A stretch of DNA of 64,000 nucleotides from Nitrososphaeraceae archaeon (GCA_035252175.1 DATFDI010000052.1:5193-69192); one strand, 5' to 3'; counted from the stretch's first letter, positions 1 to 10,822 are shown. Notes: a model not told the origin generated them from the sequence alone. Numbers and translations are program-made.

Positions 1-464
1 AAGAAAATCCATTTAAATCTAAACAATTTCTGATTGTTGAGTCCCAATCGTTTGAAAATGAAATGCCAGCAATAATTTTAGCTCCATCTTCAATGTTAAC
101 TAGTGGTCCATCTGTAGGTTACCTTGAGCAAATATGTAATGATCCCAAAAATAGATTGATTCTATCATCATTTCAGGCACAGGGAACCCCCGGCAGGCTT
201 ATTCAAGATGGAAGCCGTCAAATAACTATTGATGGCAAAAACATTAGAATAGATTGTCAAGTTAAAAGCATTGAGGGATTTAATACCCATAGTGACTACA
301 ACCAATCTATAGCCTATATTACAAGACTCCAATCGAAACTCAGACGAGTATTAATTAACCATGGAGAACGAAGTAAAGTACAGAACCTTGCAACTTCGAT
401 TAATAAAATGTTCAAAATACCAACCCAGCATCCATTAGTACAAGAGGCGATAAAATTATATTAA
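1..464 (+). CDS. beta-CASP / metallo-beta-lactamase-fold ribonuclease, C-terminal part (5' end outside window)
   Basis: Frame 3 has no stop from nt 3 to the ATG at 63, so the ORF enters from the window edge. The tail carries a beta-CASP motif B-like 'GFNTHSDY' and a motif C-like 'INHGE'. Confidence 0.55.
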   Translation, partial: ENPFKSKQFLIVESQSFENEMPAIILAPSSMLTSGPSVGYLEQICNDPKNRLILSSFQAQGTPGRLIQDGSRQITIDGKNIRIDCQVKSIEGFNTHSDYNQSIAYITRLQSKLRRVLINHGERSKVQNLATSINKMFKIPTQHPLVQEAIKLY

Positions 465-748
465 ATCCCTTGTAAATTCGATCGTGTAAAAAATGTAGCT
501 TTTGATATTATTGCAATGCATATCTTCAATACATTTAATCATTGTACCAGAACCATTTAACATCCGCAAAATATTAGTATTGAATTTGCTAACTTATACA
601 ATTTGACATGATGATTCCATTGCATACTTCGAATGTTCTGGAAGTCATGCCGAATTATGCCCAAGTTAGCATTAAGGGGATTTAAAATTTACATTGACGT
701 GATCAACGTTATTATGATATCGTGATAAATTGTAAATGTATGTGAAAA

Positions 749-1024
749 TTATTTTAAACCATAAGATCCACCACGCCAGATCTTTACACTTGGTGGCATC
801 ACTACCACACGTTCCTCCCCTAATCGGGCAATATCGCCTCCTGTGGATTGAACATAAGTATAAAGTTCATCAATTGTCTTCCGAAGCTCTTCAATATCTT
901 TTTGTGCTAATGGGGTGACCCTTAAGATCAGAATCATACCTTTTTTGGCTTCATCTTTAATAGCACATATATCACTATTTTTACGCAAAGTTATTGCTTT
1001 CAAATAAATTGGTGATTTTTGCAT
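749..1024 (-). CDS. SepF/DUF552-like small protein
   Basis: 91 aa. Its pattern matches the SepF C-terminal domain as I recall it: 'KKGMILILRV..L....IEELRKTIDELYTYVQSTGGDIARLGEERVVVMPPSVKI'. Confidence 0.5.
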   Translation of the reverse strand: MQKSPIYLKAITLRKNSDICAIKDEAKKGMILILRVTPLAQKDIEELRKTIDELYTYVQSTGGDIARLGEERVVVMPPSVKIWRGGSYGLK

Positions 1025-1525
1025 TTATATTCATTCACATCTTTTTATTACTGAAGATAAAACAAATCTGACAGATAGTCAAATAGTCATACTGGTCAAA
1101 AGTCATTTACTGAGTAGTTGAATTTTTATATTTTCTGGGTTTGTCATAATACAAGTTCTTGCTAATCTATAGAAAATCACGTTATCACCCTTAAACTCAT
1201 ATTGCCAGATAATGTATTACATAACTAAACTACTTATTATCAACAATGGATATTGCAATTTACCAACGTCAATTGCTAATGTACAGCTAAAACATGGTTA
1301 TTATCTATCACAAGAAAAAGTTTTGCCATTTAGTTGTTATCATCCATTTAGTACAACAGGCAAATCTATTGTAGCAGATATATTCGATGAGTTAATTATT
1401 AAAACGAACGTATTTATCGATGAATATCGTCATATATGAGATGATATTAATGATTGTAAATTTCGATTCTTATGCTTTGATTGCAGCAGGACTATTTGTC
1501 ATCGGCCTCTTTTTGGTGATACTTT

Positions 1526-4357
1526 ATGAAAAGTCAAGTTCAAAAGCAAAACAGCGTGCTAGAGAACAGCAAACAGGAACCTCTTCTAACGTTGAATAAC
1601 ATATCAACTGCAATCACTGATTATTGCCGGTTAACTGTTGATAAATTTGGAAGAGAAGGTTTTAATTCTCTAACTGTAATTCAACAAAAAGCATTACCTG
1701 TAATCACAAGAAAAGTTAATTGCCTACTAGTCGCACCGACTGGATCCGGTAAAACTGAGGCAGCAGTTTTACCTATATTTGCAATGTTATCTAGTGATCA
1801 GAGAAATTATAAAAGCAAAATTCGAGCAATATATATTACTCCTTTGAGAGCATTGAATAACGATGTACTTAGGCGAATTATCAAATATGCAGAATCTGAA
1901 AATTTAAGAATACAAATTAGACACGGGGACACAACCACTCTAGCTAAAAAGAAAATAGTAGAAGACCCTCCTGACATTTTAATCACTACACCAGAGTCTC
2001 TTGCTGTAATATTAACAATTGAGAAAATGCTTGATGCATTACGTAGCCTGGAATGGATCGTAGTTGATGAGATCCACGAGCTAATCTCAAATGAACGTGG
2101 TGCACATCTGTCCATTGGTCTTGAGAGATTACAAGCAGCAAGTTTACAGCAAGTTACTAGAATTGGCTTGTCTGCAACTTTGGGTAACTTAAATGAGGCT
2201 GCCAGATTTATTTCTGGAACCAACAGAAAACATGCAGTAATTGTGGACAATTCTGTAAGAAAATATGATGTCGATGTTAAATTCATAAAGGGTTCGATTA
2301 ACGATGTGGCTCATTTTGTAGTTGAATATGTAAAAACAAATAGAATAGCTGGTTCAGTATTACTATTTACAAATACACGGGATGAGGCTGAATACATAGG
2401 TACTATATTAAAAAACCAAAATGATATTAGAGTAGATGTCCATCATGGGTCACTATCCAAGGATGTACGCGAAGACACAGAAGTAAGATTAAGAGAAGGT
2501 CTGGTAGATATAGTAGTTTGTACTTCCTCGTTAGAGCTGGGTTTAGATATTGGATCTGTAGAACTTGTAATTCACTATGGATCACCAAGACAGGTTTCAA
2601 AATTAATGCAGAGGATTGGTCGGAGCAGACATGCGCAAGGAAATTCAGCAAAAGGTTTGATTGTAACAAACAATCCAGATGATGAAATAGAAGCACTAGC
2701 AATTATCAGAAGAATGAGAAGACGATCAATAGAGGAACAGGTAATGCATAATCAGGCCCTTGATGTAGTAGCTCATCATTTGGTTGGTCTAGCACTACAA
2801 ACTAGAAGCCAGATTAGACTAGAAGACGCTTTTGACCTTATAACCAAGGCATATCCATTTTCTAAAATTAGTTTTTACGATATTGAAGGATGTATCGATC
2901 TCCTTGATGCTAACCGTATTATTAAATATGAACGGGAAGATGGATCATATAAGCGACGACTAAAGGCATATAAATTTTATTTTGAGAATCTGTCTATGAT
3001 TCCTTATGTTCTAAAATTTGAAGTTATAGATTCTATTAGTAATAGAAGAATAGGAACACTAGATCAGCAGTTTGTAGGAGACTATGGCGAAAAAGGGAAT
3101 GTATTTGTATTGAAGGGCTCGCAGTGGAGGGTTATTTCTGTCGATGAACGTAGAATGCAAGTCAATGTTGAACCATTACATGGAATTGCAATAAACGTTC
3201 CATACTGGGTTGGAGAGACGATCCCTGTAGACTGTGAAACTGCCGAGGAAGTAGGTCTTTTACGTAATCAGGCAGCGAAGAAAGTAATAAAACTTTATAC
3301 ATCTTCTACTATAGAAGATACTTTTAATTCTATAAAGATAATTCCAGATTCAAAAAATGTTGTAATTGAAAGTTCAATTGCAAAAAATACAGTTATAATT
3401 CACTCAACATTTGGCACAAAAGTAAACAATACACTGGCATCAATGCTATCGGCAATACTGTCATCCCAGCTTGGTTATGAAGTAGAAACAAAATCTGATC
3501 CATATAGAATTATGTTATCTTCAAGTGCAAAAATAGGAAAGGGACATATTGAATCTATTTTTAATGACACCTATGACTTTGAACCGGTTATCATTGCCTC
3601 CTTGACAGGAACACATCACATTAACTGGAAAGTGTGGATGGTCGCAAAAAGATTTGGTATGATTAGTAGAGAAGCCGTATATGATAGAAAAGTGGCCCGA
3701 TTGATTTATGATAGATATGCAAAGACCCCGATAAGTAAAGAGTCTATTAGAGAATTGCTGCATGATAAATATGATATTCCGCAAACGAAGAAAGTACTGA
3801 CTGATGTAAAAAATGGAATTATAAAACTTCACTGGTCTGATATTATAGAATTTTCTAGCTTGGGCGAACCAATTCTTGAACACTCAGGAAAAAAATTCTC
3901 TGCTAGTCCACTAAGTATTGAAAAAGGTGTCATAGAACTTATAAAGGAAAGGTTAGAAAAAACAAAACATAGATTAATTTGTATTAGATGTGGAAAGTGG
4001 GAACGAACTATGGAGACAAAAGAAACACCTGAAACTATCTCTTGTCCAACTTGTAAGTCTAAATTAATTACAGCAACATTCTGGTCTGATAATGATATGG
4101 CAAAGATCATAATAAAAAGACTTACAGGAGACAAACTATCAAAGGATGAAAATCACAAATTTAATCGTGCTTGGAAAGTCGCATCTCTTATTAACAATTT
4201 TGGCAGAAAAGCCTTGATTGTATTGGCTGGTTATGGGATAGGCGCGGACACTGCTGCACGGATTTTGCGTAATTATATTGATGATGAGGAGATATACAGG
4301 AGTATATATGAAGCTGAGAAACAGTATGTGATGACACATCGATTTTGGAACGACTGA
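1526..4357 (+). CDS. lhr: Lhr-type SF2 DEAD/DEAH-box helicase
   Basis: 943 aa. Walker A 'APTGSGKTEAA', DExH box 'VDEIHEL', motif VI 'QRIGRSRH', and a C-terminal CxxC...CxxC zinc ribbon ('CIRCGKW...CPTCKSK'). Confidence 0.85.
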   Translation: MKSQVQKQNSVLENSKQEPLLTLNNISTAITDYCRLTVDKFGREGFNSLTVIQQKALPVITRKVNCLLVAPTGSGKTEAAVLPIFAMLSSDQRNYKSKIRAIYITPLRALNNDVLRRIIKYAESENLRIQIRHGDTTTLAKKKIVEDPPDILITTPESLAVILTIEKMLDALRSLEWIVVDEIHELISNERGAHLSIGLERLQAASLQQVTRIGLSATLGNLNEAARFISGTNRKHAVIVDNSVRKYDVDVKFIKGSINDVAHFVVEYVKTNRIAGSVLLFTNTRDEAEYIGTILKNQNDIRVDVHHGSLSKDVREDTEVRLREGLVDIVVCTSSLELGLDIGSVELVIHYGSPRQVSKLMQRIGRSRHAQGNSAKGLIVTNNPDDEIEALAIIRRMRRRSIEEQVMHNQALDVVAHHLVGLALQTRSQIRLEDAFDLITKAYPFSKISFYDIEGCIDLLDANRIIKYEREDGSYKRRLKAYKFYFENLSMIPYVLKFEVIDSISNRRIGTLDQQFVGDYGEKGNVFVLKGSQWRVISVDERRMQVNVEPLHGIAINVPYWVGETIPVDCETAEEVGLLRNQAAKKVIKLYTSSTIEDTFNSIKIIPDSKNVVIESSIAKNTVIIHSTFGTKVNNTLASMLSAILSSQLGYEVETKSDPYRIMLSSSAKIGKGHIESIFNDTYDFEPVIIASLTGTHHINWKVWMVAKRFGMISREAVYDRKVARLIYDRYAKTPISKESIRELLHDKYDIPQTKKVLTDVKNGIIKLHWSDIIEFSSLGEPILEHSGKKFSASPLSIEKGVIELIKERLEKTKHRLICIRCGKWERTMETKETPETISCPTCKSKLITATFWSDNDMAKIIIKRLTGDKLSKDENHKFNRAWKVASLINNFGRKALIVLAGYGIGADTAARILRNYIDDEEIYRSIYEAEKQYVMTHRFWND

Positions 4358-4870
4358 CTGACTGACAATGAAATGGTGACAATGTTAATATCGTCATCGT
4401 AATTATACAAATCAGGTGTACTACAAAAATAACTATAATTATCCGCCTTTCCTAAATATATATCCATTATAGGCCACTTATATCAATCGACATACGTGTT
4501 ACTGTTTTTATTGACAAAAATTCATTTTCTGTACTAATTGGTAGTGGATCATTTTTAAACTTTCCAAAAGGGCCCAAAAAAATCTTTTTAATGACTCGCT
4601 ATTAATAGCTGAGTTGAAATCAATTTAAGAAATACTGCCAGCAAGAGATATCCATGACCATATATGATGATGCTATATACATAAGAAATATCACTAGTGA
4701 TAAAGATATCATTTTATTTTCAATTTTTCTAACTTTAATCCGACAACACTCCTACTTGCTCGACCATCCATATTTGATGGAATTTATTGTAGTAGTAAAA
4801 TAATAATAATGTCAAAACACCATCCTAAGTATCAAAATATGGATGTACAATATCATTTCCATTGTGATGT

Positions 4871-4894
4871 GACTAACTTTTGCAAAAGTTAGTC
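4871..4894. promoter_or_regulatory. perfect 24-bp palindrome GACTAACTTTTG/CAAAAGTTAGTC
   Basis: Read directly; the two halves are exact reverse complements. It lies about 190 nt upstream of the wHTH gene at 5085. Confidence 0.35.
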
Positions 4895-5084
4895 TTCTTA
4901 TTAAAGCTATGCAATAAAATATGCATGCAGCAACATAATCATCCTGTAACTTGTCACTTATTACTGTCATGTAGAGAAGAAAATGATCATGTTATGATCT
5001 TTGCACTAGTTGCTTTGAGTTTGCTTATTTACAGTACTGGCTTTATAGTTTATATGTTATAATATCAATAAATGTGATATATAA

Positions 5085-5888
5085 TTGGAGAAGACTGTAT
5101 CAATAGAATCTGATGCATCACAAAATGAAAGTGTTTCCTCTGAAACAAAAGGAACAGGATATTGCACAGATACAGACAGTCCCAAAGCTATCGAAAAACA
5201 GATTGTATCCACTGATAACGCTACACAGGTATTAATCGAGAAAAAAAATCACAGTGACGATGAACATTCATTATTTGTTAGTGATTTTCGTATGAATGAT
5301 AGCAAAATCCTTTCGTTACTAAATCATGAAGCAGGATCAAATTATTATTCATTCACAGGCTTAATGCGTAAATTGAATCTTCATCAGCAAAGTCTTGCAA
5401 GATCTTTGAATAGATTACAAGATTTGGATCTAATTGAGAGATCTGATATAGGTTACAAATTAACGAAAAATGGTATACTCGTACTATCAAAAGGTAATGT
5501 CAGCTCTCTACATAATGTAAAAAAAGGAAAAGAATTCATTCAATTACTTCAAACATATGTTCCTGTGAATGTAAAACCTAAAGATATAGTTCGCACTTTA
5601 ATGGGAAAATGGTTCAACAACCTTCGATGGACAGGACTAATTGAAAGTGAAACTGGATGTATGCTCCAATGGCTAAGTGATGATGGTTCGTTTGAGATCA
5701 ATTTGAGAATAATATATGACTATATTGTAATAGAAACTAATGCCGCTTCGTACAAGGAAAAGATTGAAGCGATGATAGGTTCCTATAGAATATTCGAGCA
5801 GATTGCCAAGACATCGCAAAAGAAATTGGGAGATATAAACGCATATTTAATGAATATTAATTATAATATGCAAAATCAAAATAATTGA
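5085..5888 (+). CDS. winged-helix DNA-binding protein (ArsR/MarR-like wHTH), otherwise uncharacterised
   Basis: The segment 'YSFTGLMRKLNLHQQSLARSLNRLQDLDLIERSDIGYKLTKNG' looks like an HTH plus wing. TTG start, so the true start is uncertain. Confidence 0.45.
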   Translation: MEKTVSIESDASQNESVSSETKGTGYCTDTDSPKAIEKQIVSTDNATQVLIEKKNHSDDEHSLFVSDFRMNDSKILSLLNHEAGSNYYSFTGLMRKLNLHQQSLARSLNRLQDLDLIERSDIGYKLTKNGILVLSKGNVSSLHNVKKGKEFIQLLQTYVPVNVKPKDIVRTLMGKWFNNLRWTGLIESETGCMLQWLSDDGSFEINLRIIYDYIVIETNAASYKEKIEAMIGSYRIFEQIAKTSQKKLGDINAYLMNINYNMQNQNN

Positions 5889-6360
5889 TATAACCACACA
5901 TTACCTTGTAATATTGCCAACCATGTAAATCACAGTTTTGACTCGTACTGTTGATCATGAGTATTGTGATACAGTGACAAAAGTATTCGGTACCATGCTT
6001 CCTTAAGTGAAGCAGGATTTGTAAAGCAATTCTAATCCAAATCTACTCTAGTAATATTAGGCTGACAAGGGAAGGATCTATAGTGCATTTTGCCGCTAAC
6101 TAAACAATGAAGGTCAATGGATAAACACAAAACCATCATGTGCTCAAAATTAACTTGACAATGTTTCTAGTCAGTATATCAGGTATTTTCTAGAAATTAG
6201 AATTCCAAGTGCAGATGAGCGAAATAATAAGAGCTCCTTAGTTTTAGTTTTATATGATAGAATTTTCTCTAAGAATATTTCTATAATAATGAGCAGTTTT
6301 ATTAAAAAGAGATGTTCTAGAATCAATTGGTATTAAAGAAAAATAACCTGATGAAATACT

Positions 6361-7776
6361 ATGATCGATACTATCTTATTTGTTGTAATTTCTACTTTCT
6401 GGTTTTCTTCTATTCCTGTAGCTTTTCTGACCCTAATACGGTTTTTGAGAAATAGAGATATTTTTGTTGAGAAAGATCTTAAAAGAATACATAATGATCC
6501 AATAATAATATTCCAGATAACCACACGTTCTGCAACAAAAACACCAGTTGTAAATAGAGGAATTAACTCAATAATTTCTTCTTCACACAAAATAAAATAT
6601 TCTAACTATTTTATCTCAGTTGTAAGTGACGACTTGGATGATGTTACAACATTAAGTTGCTTTGGCGGTAATGATAATTTTGAAGTTATTATAGTAGACA
6701 AGAAGTTCACTTCAAATGCGATTAAAAAGGGACGAGCTTTACAATATGCTGTAGAGCATCGACGCAAACTTGGATTGAATTCTTCAAAATATTGGGTATT
6801 TCATATGGATGATGAAAGTTATGTAACAAATCAAACTATTCTTTCACTTCTTAGATTTATTAGAGAAGATAATGCAATTGCATCTGAAGGTCCAATCTTC
6901 TATCCTTTGAAGTTTGAGTCAGCAAACTTTTTGACAGCAATTGCTGAGTCGGTAAGACCATTCACATGTTATGATTGTGTATCACAAATGACAAATCCTC
7001 CCCCATTGCATATGCATGGAAGCAACCTTCTAGTACGATCTGACATAGAAGATTCCATTGGATGGAACTTCGGGCCAACTCTCGCAGAGGATCAACTTTT
7101 TGGGTATAAAGTTTATGAAAAATATGGCCCAAAATCCTTAGGGTGGCATGGAGGTATACTTCTTGAGCAACCTCCACTCAATATGAAGGACCATTTCATG
7201 CAAAGACGGAGGTGGGTTGTAGGTAGTATGCAAAATATAAACAACTTCCCGTTAATACATCGGTTTAAGATGGTTTTCAAATTAGCAACATATTTTCTAG
7301 GTTTTATATCAGGTGTTGTCTCAATTATCCTTTACGCATATTTTCAGGTTCCAAAAATAATACCATTACTGCTATCCTCGTCTACATCAACAATCCATGA
7401 TATTAATCAAACAGTTGGTGCTGATATGTCAACTTGGTTCAACAAATTGTTTGATATCTTATCATCACAATCAGTAGTGCATACATTAACAAACGGTAGC
7501 CCAATAGAAGTAGGTATTGGTCTAATGTTATTATTCACTTCTGTCATGTGGCTATTGTCATACCAAGTAGGACTATTCCTGAATTTACGCTATTCAAAGA
7601 TTGGTTGGCCAAAAAGAATATTGTTCCACCTACAAACACTTGTATTGTGTTTAGTCATTGGTTTAATTGAAACATTTCCGGCATTCTGGGCAATGATTGA
7701 ATACTGTATTCGGAATAAAGTCATTAACAATAAAATAAAAACACAAGTCTATGACTTTTATGTAATTAACAAATAA
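6361..7776 (+). CDS. membrane-bound family 2 glycosyltransferase (processive type)
   Basis: DxD-like 'HMDDES' and the QxxRW motif 'QRRRW'. One N-terminal and several C-terminal hydrophobic helices. Confidence 0.7.
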   Translation: MIDTILFVVISTFWFSSIPVAFLTLIRFLRNRDIFVEKDLKRIHNDPIIIFQITTRSATKTPVVNRGINSIISSSHKIKYSNYFISVVSDDLDDVTTLSCFGGNDNFEVIIVDKKFTSNAIKKGRALQYAVEHRRKLGLNSSKYWVFHMDDESYVTNQTILSLLRFIREDNAIASEGPIFYPLKFESANFLTAIAESVRPFTCYDCVSQMTNPPPLHMHGSNLLVRSDIEDSIGWNFGPTLAEDQLFGYKVYEKYGPKSLGWHGGILLEQPPLNMKDHFMQRRRWVVGSMQNINNFPLIHRFKMVFKLATYFLGFISGVVSIILYAYFQVPKIIPLLLSSSTSTIHDINQTVGADMSTWFNKLFDILSSQSVVHTLTNGSPIEVGIGLMLLFTSVMWLLSYQVGLFLNLRYSKIGWPKRILFHLQTLVLCLVIGLIETFPAFWAMIEYCIRNKVINNKIKTQVYDFYVINK

Positions 7777-7890
7777 TTGAAGTCATTGAATTATCTTTCA
7801 TTTTCTCACCATAAAGTGCACTTGATGGCACTATAATAAGGCATATTACTTATCACGTGTTTTCTATGATAAAAGTAGTATAACTATAAA

Positions 7891-8049
7891 ATGGCATTAT
7901 GGTTAGTAAGAGCAGGGCCTCATGGTGAAGAGGAGCACGGTGCCCTACAGCATAACGTCGCAACAATAGGCTGGAATGAAATGCCTAACGTTTCAAAAAT
8001 AGATAGTAAAGATGCACTTAAAGAGCTTTACCTCAAGTTTCAACGATAG
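7891..8049 (+). pseudogene. N-terminal fragment of an Mrr-like restriction endonuclease family protein
   Basis: A 52-codon ORF below the track threshold: 'MALWLVRAGPHGEEEHGALQHNVATIGWNEMPNVSKIDSKDALKELYLKFQR*'. This matches the conserved N-terminus I recall for Mrr-type restriction proteins ('WLVRAG.HGE.E...IGW..L.DLS'). No nuclease domain follows. Confidence 0.4.
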
Positions 8050-8258
8050 AGAAAAGTACAAAGAAATGACACTCGATGCTGCAGAAACAGTTCTAGGGCA
8101 TTTTGGATTTGATAGGACAGTTTACAGCAATATTAAGAAGATAAGAAGAAAGAATTGGTATGAAGAATTAAGAGAACAAAGAGTAAGGGACATAGAAACT
8201 GAGATGATTTAAGGTCAATACAATAGATTTACTATGTGATACGACGTCGGAATTAATA

Positions 8259-8289
8259 AGCGGCGGTACCCAAAGACCAGCCCGCCGCT
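8259..8289. other. GC-rich hairpin (8-bp stem AGCGGCGG/CCGCCGCT, 15-nt loop)
   Basis: Read directly. It stands out in AT-rich surroundings. Confidence 0.4.
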
Positions 8290-8796
8290 AGTATAATCCC
8301 TCAACCGTATGAAGAAGTTGGCTAAGTACAAAGCATTTTCGTGATATTAACCATTTTCGGAGACTTGTACTAGTATACAAGCGAGATTTTGTATATACTA
8401 CTAATATTACTAAAACAACTAAAATAAAATAATCTATGCAAAAAGTTCACTGAACTAAACTCCCAAATAGGAATGTCTATGCATGTGGAAAACTCAACAA
8501 AATGAAGTGCTGATATTTTATCCATATTTTTTATGTGAACATCCACTGCACTAGCTTCCTGACTGAATGACCTCCTTATAACCTCTGTACATTCCTTCAA
8601 GAAGTTCAACGATAAATTAGATTAATTCCTAAGAGAAGACCAAAAACATAGCCAAAAGGCTGCTAAAATACAAGGAGTATTCTATTAAGATGCCTGTCTC
8701 TAGAAGTGAAAGATAATACGAAAGGTCGTAGGTGGACGAAAATGAAGACTACTGATATGCTAAATAATGATGTGATGGATATAAGATATAACACGT

Positions 8797-9009
8797 ATGA
8801 ATGAGCAAAACGATAAGACTCCAGAGCAAGTATCAGATGAAGATTACAAAGTAGCACCAACAAGTGCAGACAAAGAGAGATTGTATAAACAGCGTACTCC
8901 AGTTGATAAAAAAGAACAAGAACAGCAAGAACAAGCAACGGGCGAAAATTATCAGCAGCTTCCCACAGAAGCAGACGTGAAAGAGGAGCTAAGGGAAGGG
9001 GTAGAGTAG
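8797..9009 (+). CDS. hypothetical acidic, low-complexity protein
   Basis: ORF only; the composition looks disordered (E/Q/K-rich). Confidence 0.25.
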   Translation: MNEQNDKTPEQVSDEDYKVAPTSADKERLYKQRTPVDKKEQEQQEQATGENYQQLPTEADVKEELREGVE

Positions 9010-9067
9010 AAACATGAGGGTATTATCTTGCCGTAACAAGTTATGATATATCTATCTACTGTTCTTC

Positions 9068-9694
9068 CTATTGTCTAAACTGTCCTTCCATTACAATTTC
9101 TGTTAGAGGTTTTCTATCATTTGGATGTTCTTTCTCATGTAGCTGTGGCGGGAGGTTCTCCTTTGGCCCTCTTCTACCAATTGCAATCATTGCCATAACA
9201 TCAAAATTATTAGGAATTTCTAAATCTGTTCTAGCTTGTTCATAATCAAATCCTTGCATTGCATGTACTGCTAGTCCTCTTGATGAGGCTTCTAAAGCTA
9301 AGTTCTCCCATGCAGCTCCAGCATCAAATTGATGTGTTATGGAATATTTTTCATTATGTTCGAAATTCCTTCTGGCTATTACTACAACTAGTACAGCCGC
9401 ATTTTTTGTCCAAACTTTGTTGGGTTCTGCTAACAAATTGAAAAGTTTGTCCCAATGTACTGTGTTTCTCTTGGCATAAATGAATCTCCATGGTTGATTA
9501 TTATAAGAAGAAGGAGCCCATCTTGCTGCTTCAAAGAGGCTCATTATCGTTTCTTCATCTAATTCTTCTCCTGTCATAGACCTTGGGGACCATCTGTTTA
9601 GAATTAGTGGGTTTATCTTATATGTTGATTGCCTTCTTGTAGATACAGTATCATTTTGTTCCTGCTCTATTGATTTATCAATTGAGATTGTCAT
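9068..9694 (-). CDS. nitroreductase family protein
   Basis: 'NRWSPRSM...AARWAPSSYNNQPWRFIY' is the typical nitroreductase N-terminal signature. Confidence 0.8.
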   Translation of the reverse strand: MTISIDKSIEQEQNDTVSTRRQSTYKINPLILNRWSPRSMTGEELDEETIMSLFEAARWAPSSYNNQPWRFIYAKRNTVHWDKLFNLLAEPNKVWTKNAAVLVVVIARRNFEHNEKYSITHQFDAGAAWENLALEASSRGLAVHAMQGFDYEQARTDLEIPNNFDVMAMIAIGRRGPKENLPPQLHEKEHPNDRKPLTEIVMEGQFRQ

Positions 9695-9726
9695 TACTTA
9701 CCACCATTGCGACATCCATGGATCTT

Positions 9727-10608
9727 TTATGCAGGTATGGAACCAAATAGGCCGGCTCTATAATCTGCAAAAGCTTCTGCAATCTGACTTTCAGTATTCA
9801 TAACAAATGGGCCTCGGGCTATTACTGGTTGGCGTAAAGGATTTCCTGTCCATAACAAGAAGCGCATTGGTTCTTTGGCTGACGCATTCAGTATAGTAGG
9901 TCTATCAGTTCTCGCACTAGTGTGAGCAAGATGACCCACTTGACCTGCACTTACGAATGTATCATTAGAGTCAAAATACCCACGGCCTGAAAGCACATAA
10001 ACAAAACCTTCTTCTCCTGCAGGAATTTCTTGAGTAAAGGAGGCACCCTTATTACCATCCAACCTGACATCTAGCATAGTAACTGGTACATATTTTGACA
10101 CTTTTGATGTTGCTTCGATATTTCCTGAACGCCCAGAGAACACTCTTGCTTCTACACCAGGTTCTCGTCTGACAGGTACCTTGTCGCCCCGAAGGTCTTG
10201 ATAAGTGGGCTCAACCATCTTATTTTCAGCTGGTAAGTTAAGCCAAAGCTGCAATGTATGTACTTGTTGTTTATTATGGGCCATCTCACTATGCAAAATA
10301 CCTTGTCCGGCTGTCATCCACTGTACATCTCCAGGTTTTAATACTCCATGACCCCCACGGTTATCATGATGTTCCAACTCCCCTTCTAGAACTACTGTGA
10401 TAGTTTCTATTCCTCGATGAGGATGCCAATCAAAACCATTAGTACTAAACCAATCTTCTGCCATTAACAGAAACGGGTCAGTTTCAGCCCAATTTGCTGG
10501 ATTCAGTATTATATACTTGTCATCAGCCTGTACGTTCTTTCCATAATGGATTCTATTTGAAACTTTGGCTATATGCCTCTCTTTATCGCTATTACTGTTT
10601 TGTGTCAT
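9727..10608 (-). CDS. pirin family protein
   Basis: 'HPHRGIETITVVLEGELEHHD' cupin motif and a bicupin-sized protein. The ORF extends to 10656, but its first 16 codons (MQLLLYLIIIIIILPS) look spurious, so the start is taken at the Met at 10608. Confidence 0.85.
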   Translation of the reverse strand: MTQNSNSDKERHIAKVSNRIHYGKNVQADDKYIILNPANWAETDPFLLMAEDWFSTNGFDWHPHRGIETITVVLEGELEHHDNRGGHGVLKPGDVQWMTAGQGILHSEMAHNKQQVHTLQLWLNLPAENKMVEPTYQDLRGDKVPVRREPGVEARVFSGRSGNIEATSKVSKYVPVTMLDVRLDGNKGASFTQEIPAGEEGFVYVLSGRGYFDSNDTFVSAGQVGHLAHTSARTDRPTILNASAKEPMRFLLWTGNPLRQPVIARGPFVMNTESQIAEAFADYRAGLFGSIPA

Positions 10609-10822
10609 ACTAGGTAATATGATAATAATGATAATTAAGTATAGTAGTAGTTGCATACTAAGTAAATAATACCAAAGTGAAACATACTAAGTAATACCTT
10701 ACTGAAACGACGTTTGGTAGTTAGTAGATCAATTAAATAAGGGTTACAATGTTATAAAGTGACTTCTTAAGAATACAATTATTAGAGTGGATTCAATGAA
10801 GAATACAGGATTTAATTCTAAA

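Noticed and set aside
1441-1599. 52-codon TM-plus-basic-tail ORF (MILMIVNFDSYALIAAGLFVIGLFLVILYEKSSSKAKQRAREQQ...) overlapping the helicase start
   Set aside because: It is plausible as a small membrane protein, but it overlaps the annotated helicase start in another frame and has no supporting motif. This remains unresolved.
1807-4467. Minus-strand ORFs inside and just after the helicase gene (1807..2286, 2427..2702, 3521..3883, 3829..4134, 4139..4467 set)
   Set aside because: They lie antisense to a strongly supported 943-aa gene. Their composition is low-complexity or hydrophobic, as is typical of shadow ORFs in AT-rich DNA.
4880-5062. 60-aa ORF starting inside the 24-bp palindrome
   Set aside because: It has a TTG start, a Cys/Leu-rich low-complexity translation and no motif. 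It is probably non-coding leader sequence.
8012-8212. 66-aa ORF following the Mrr-like fragment
   Set aside because: It lies in a different frame from the fragment and does not continue the restriction-protein sequence. No motif is present, so it is likely debris of the deleted locus.
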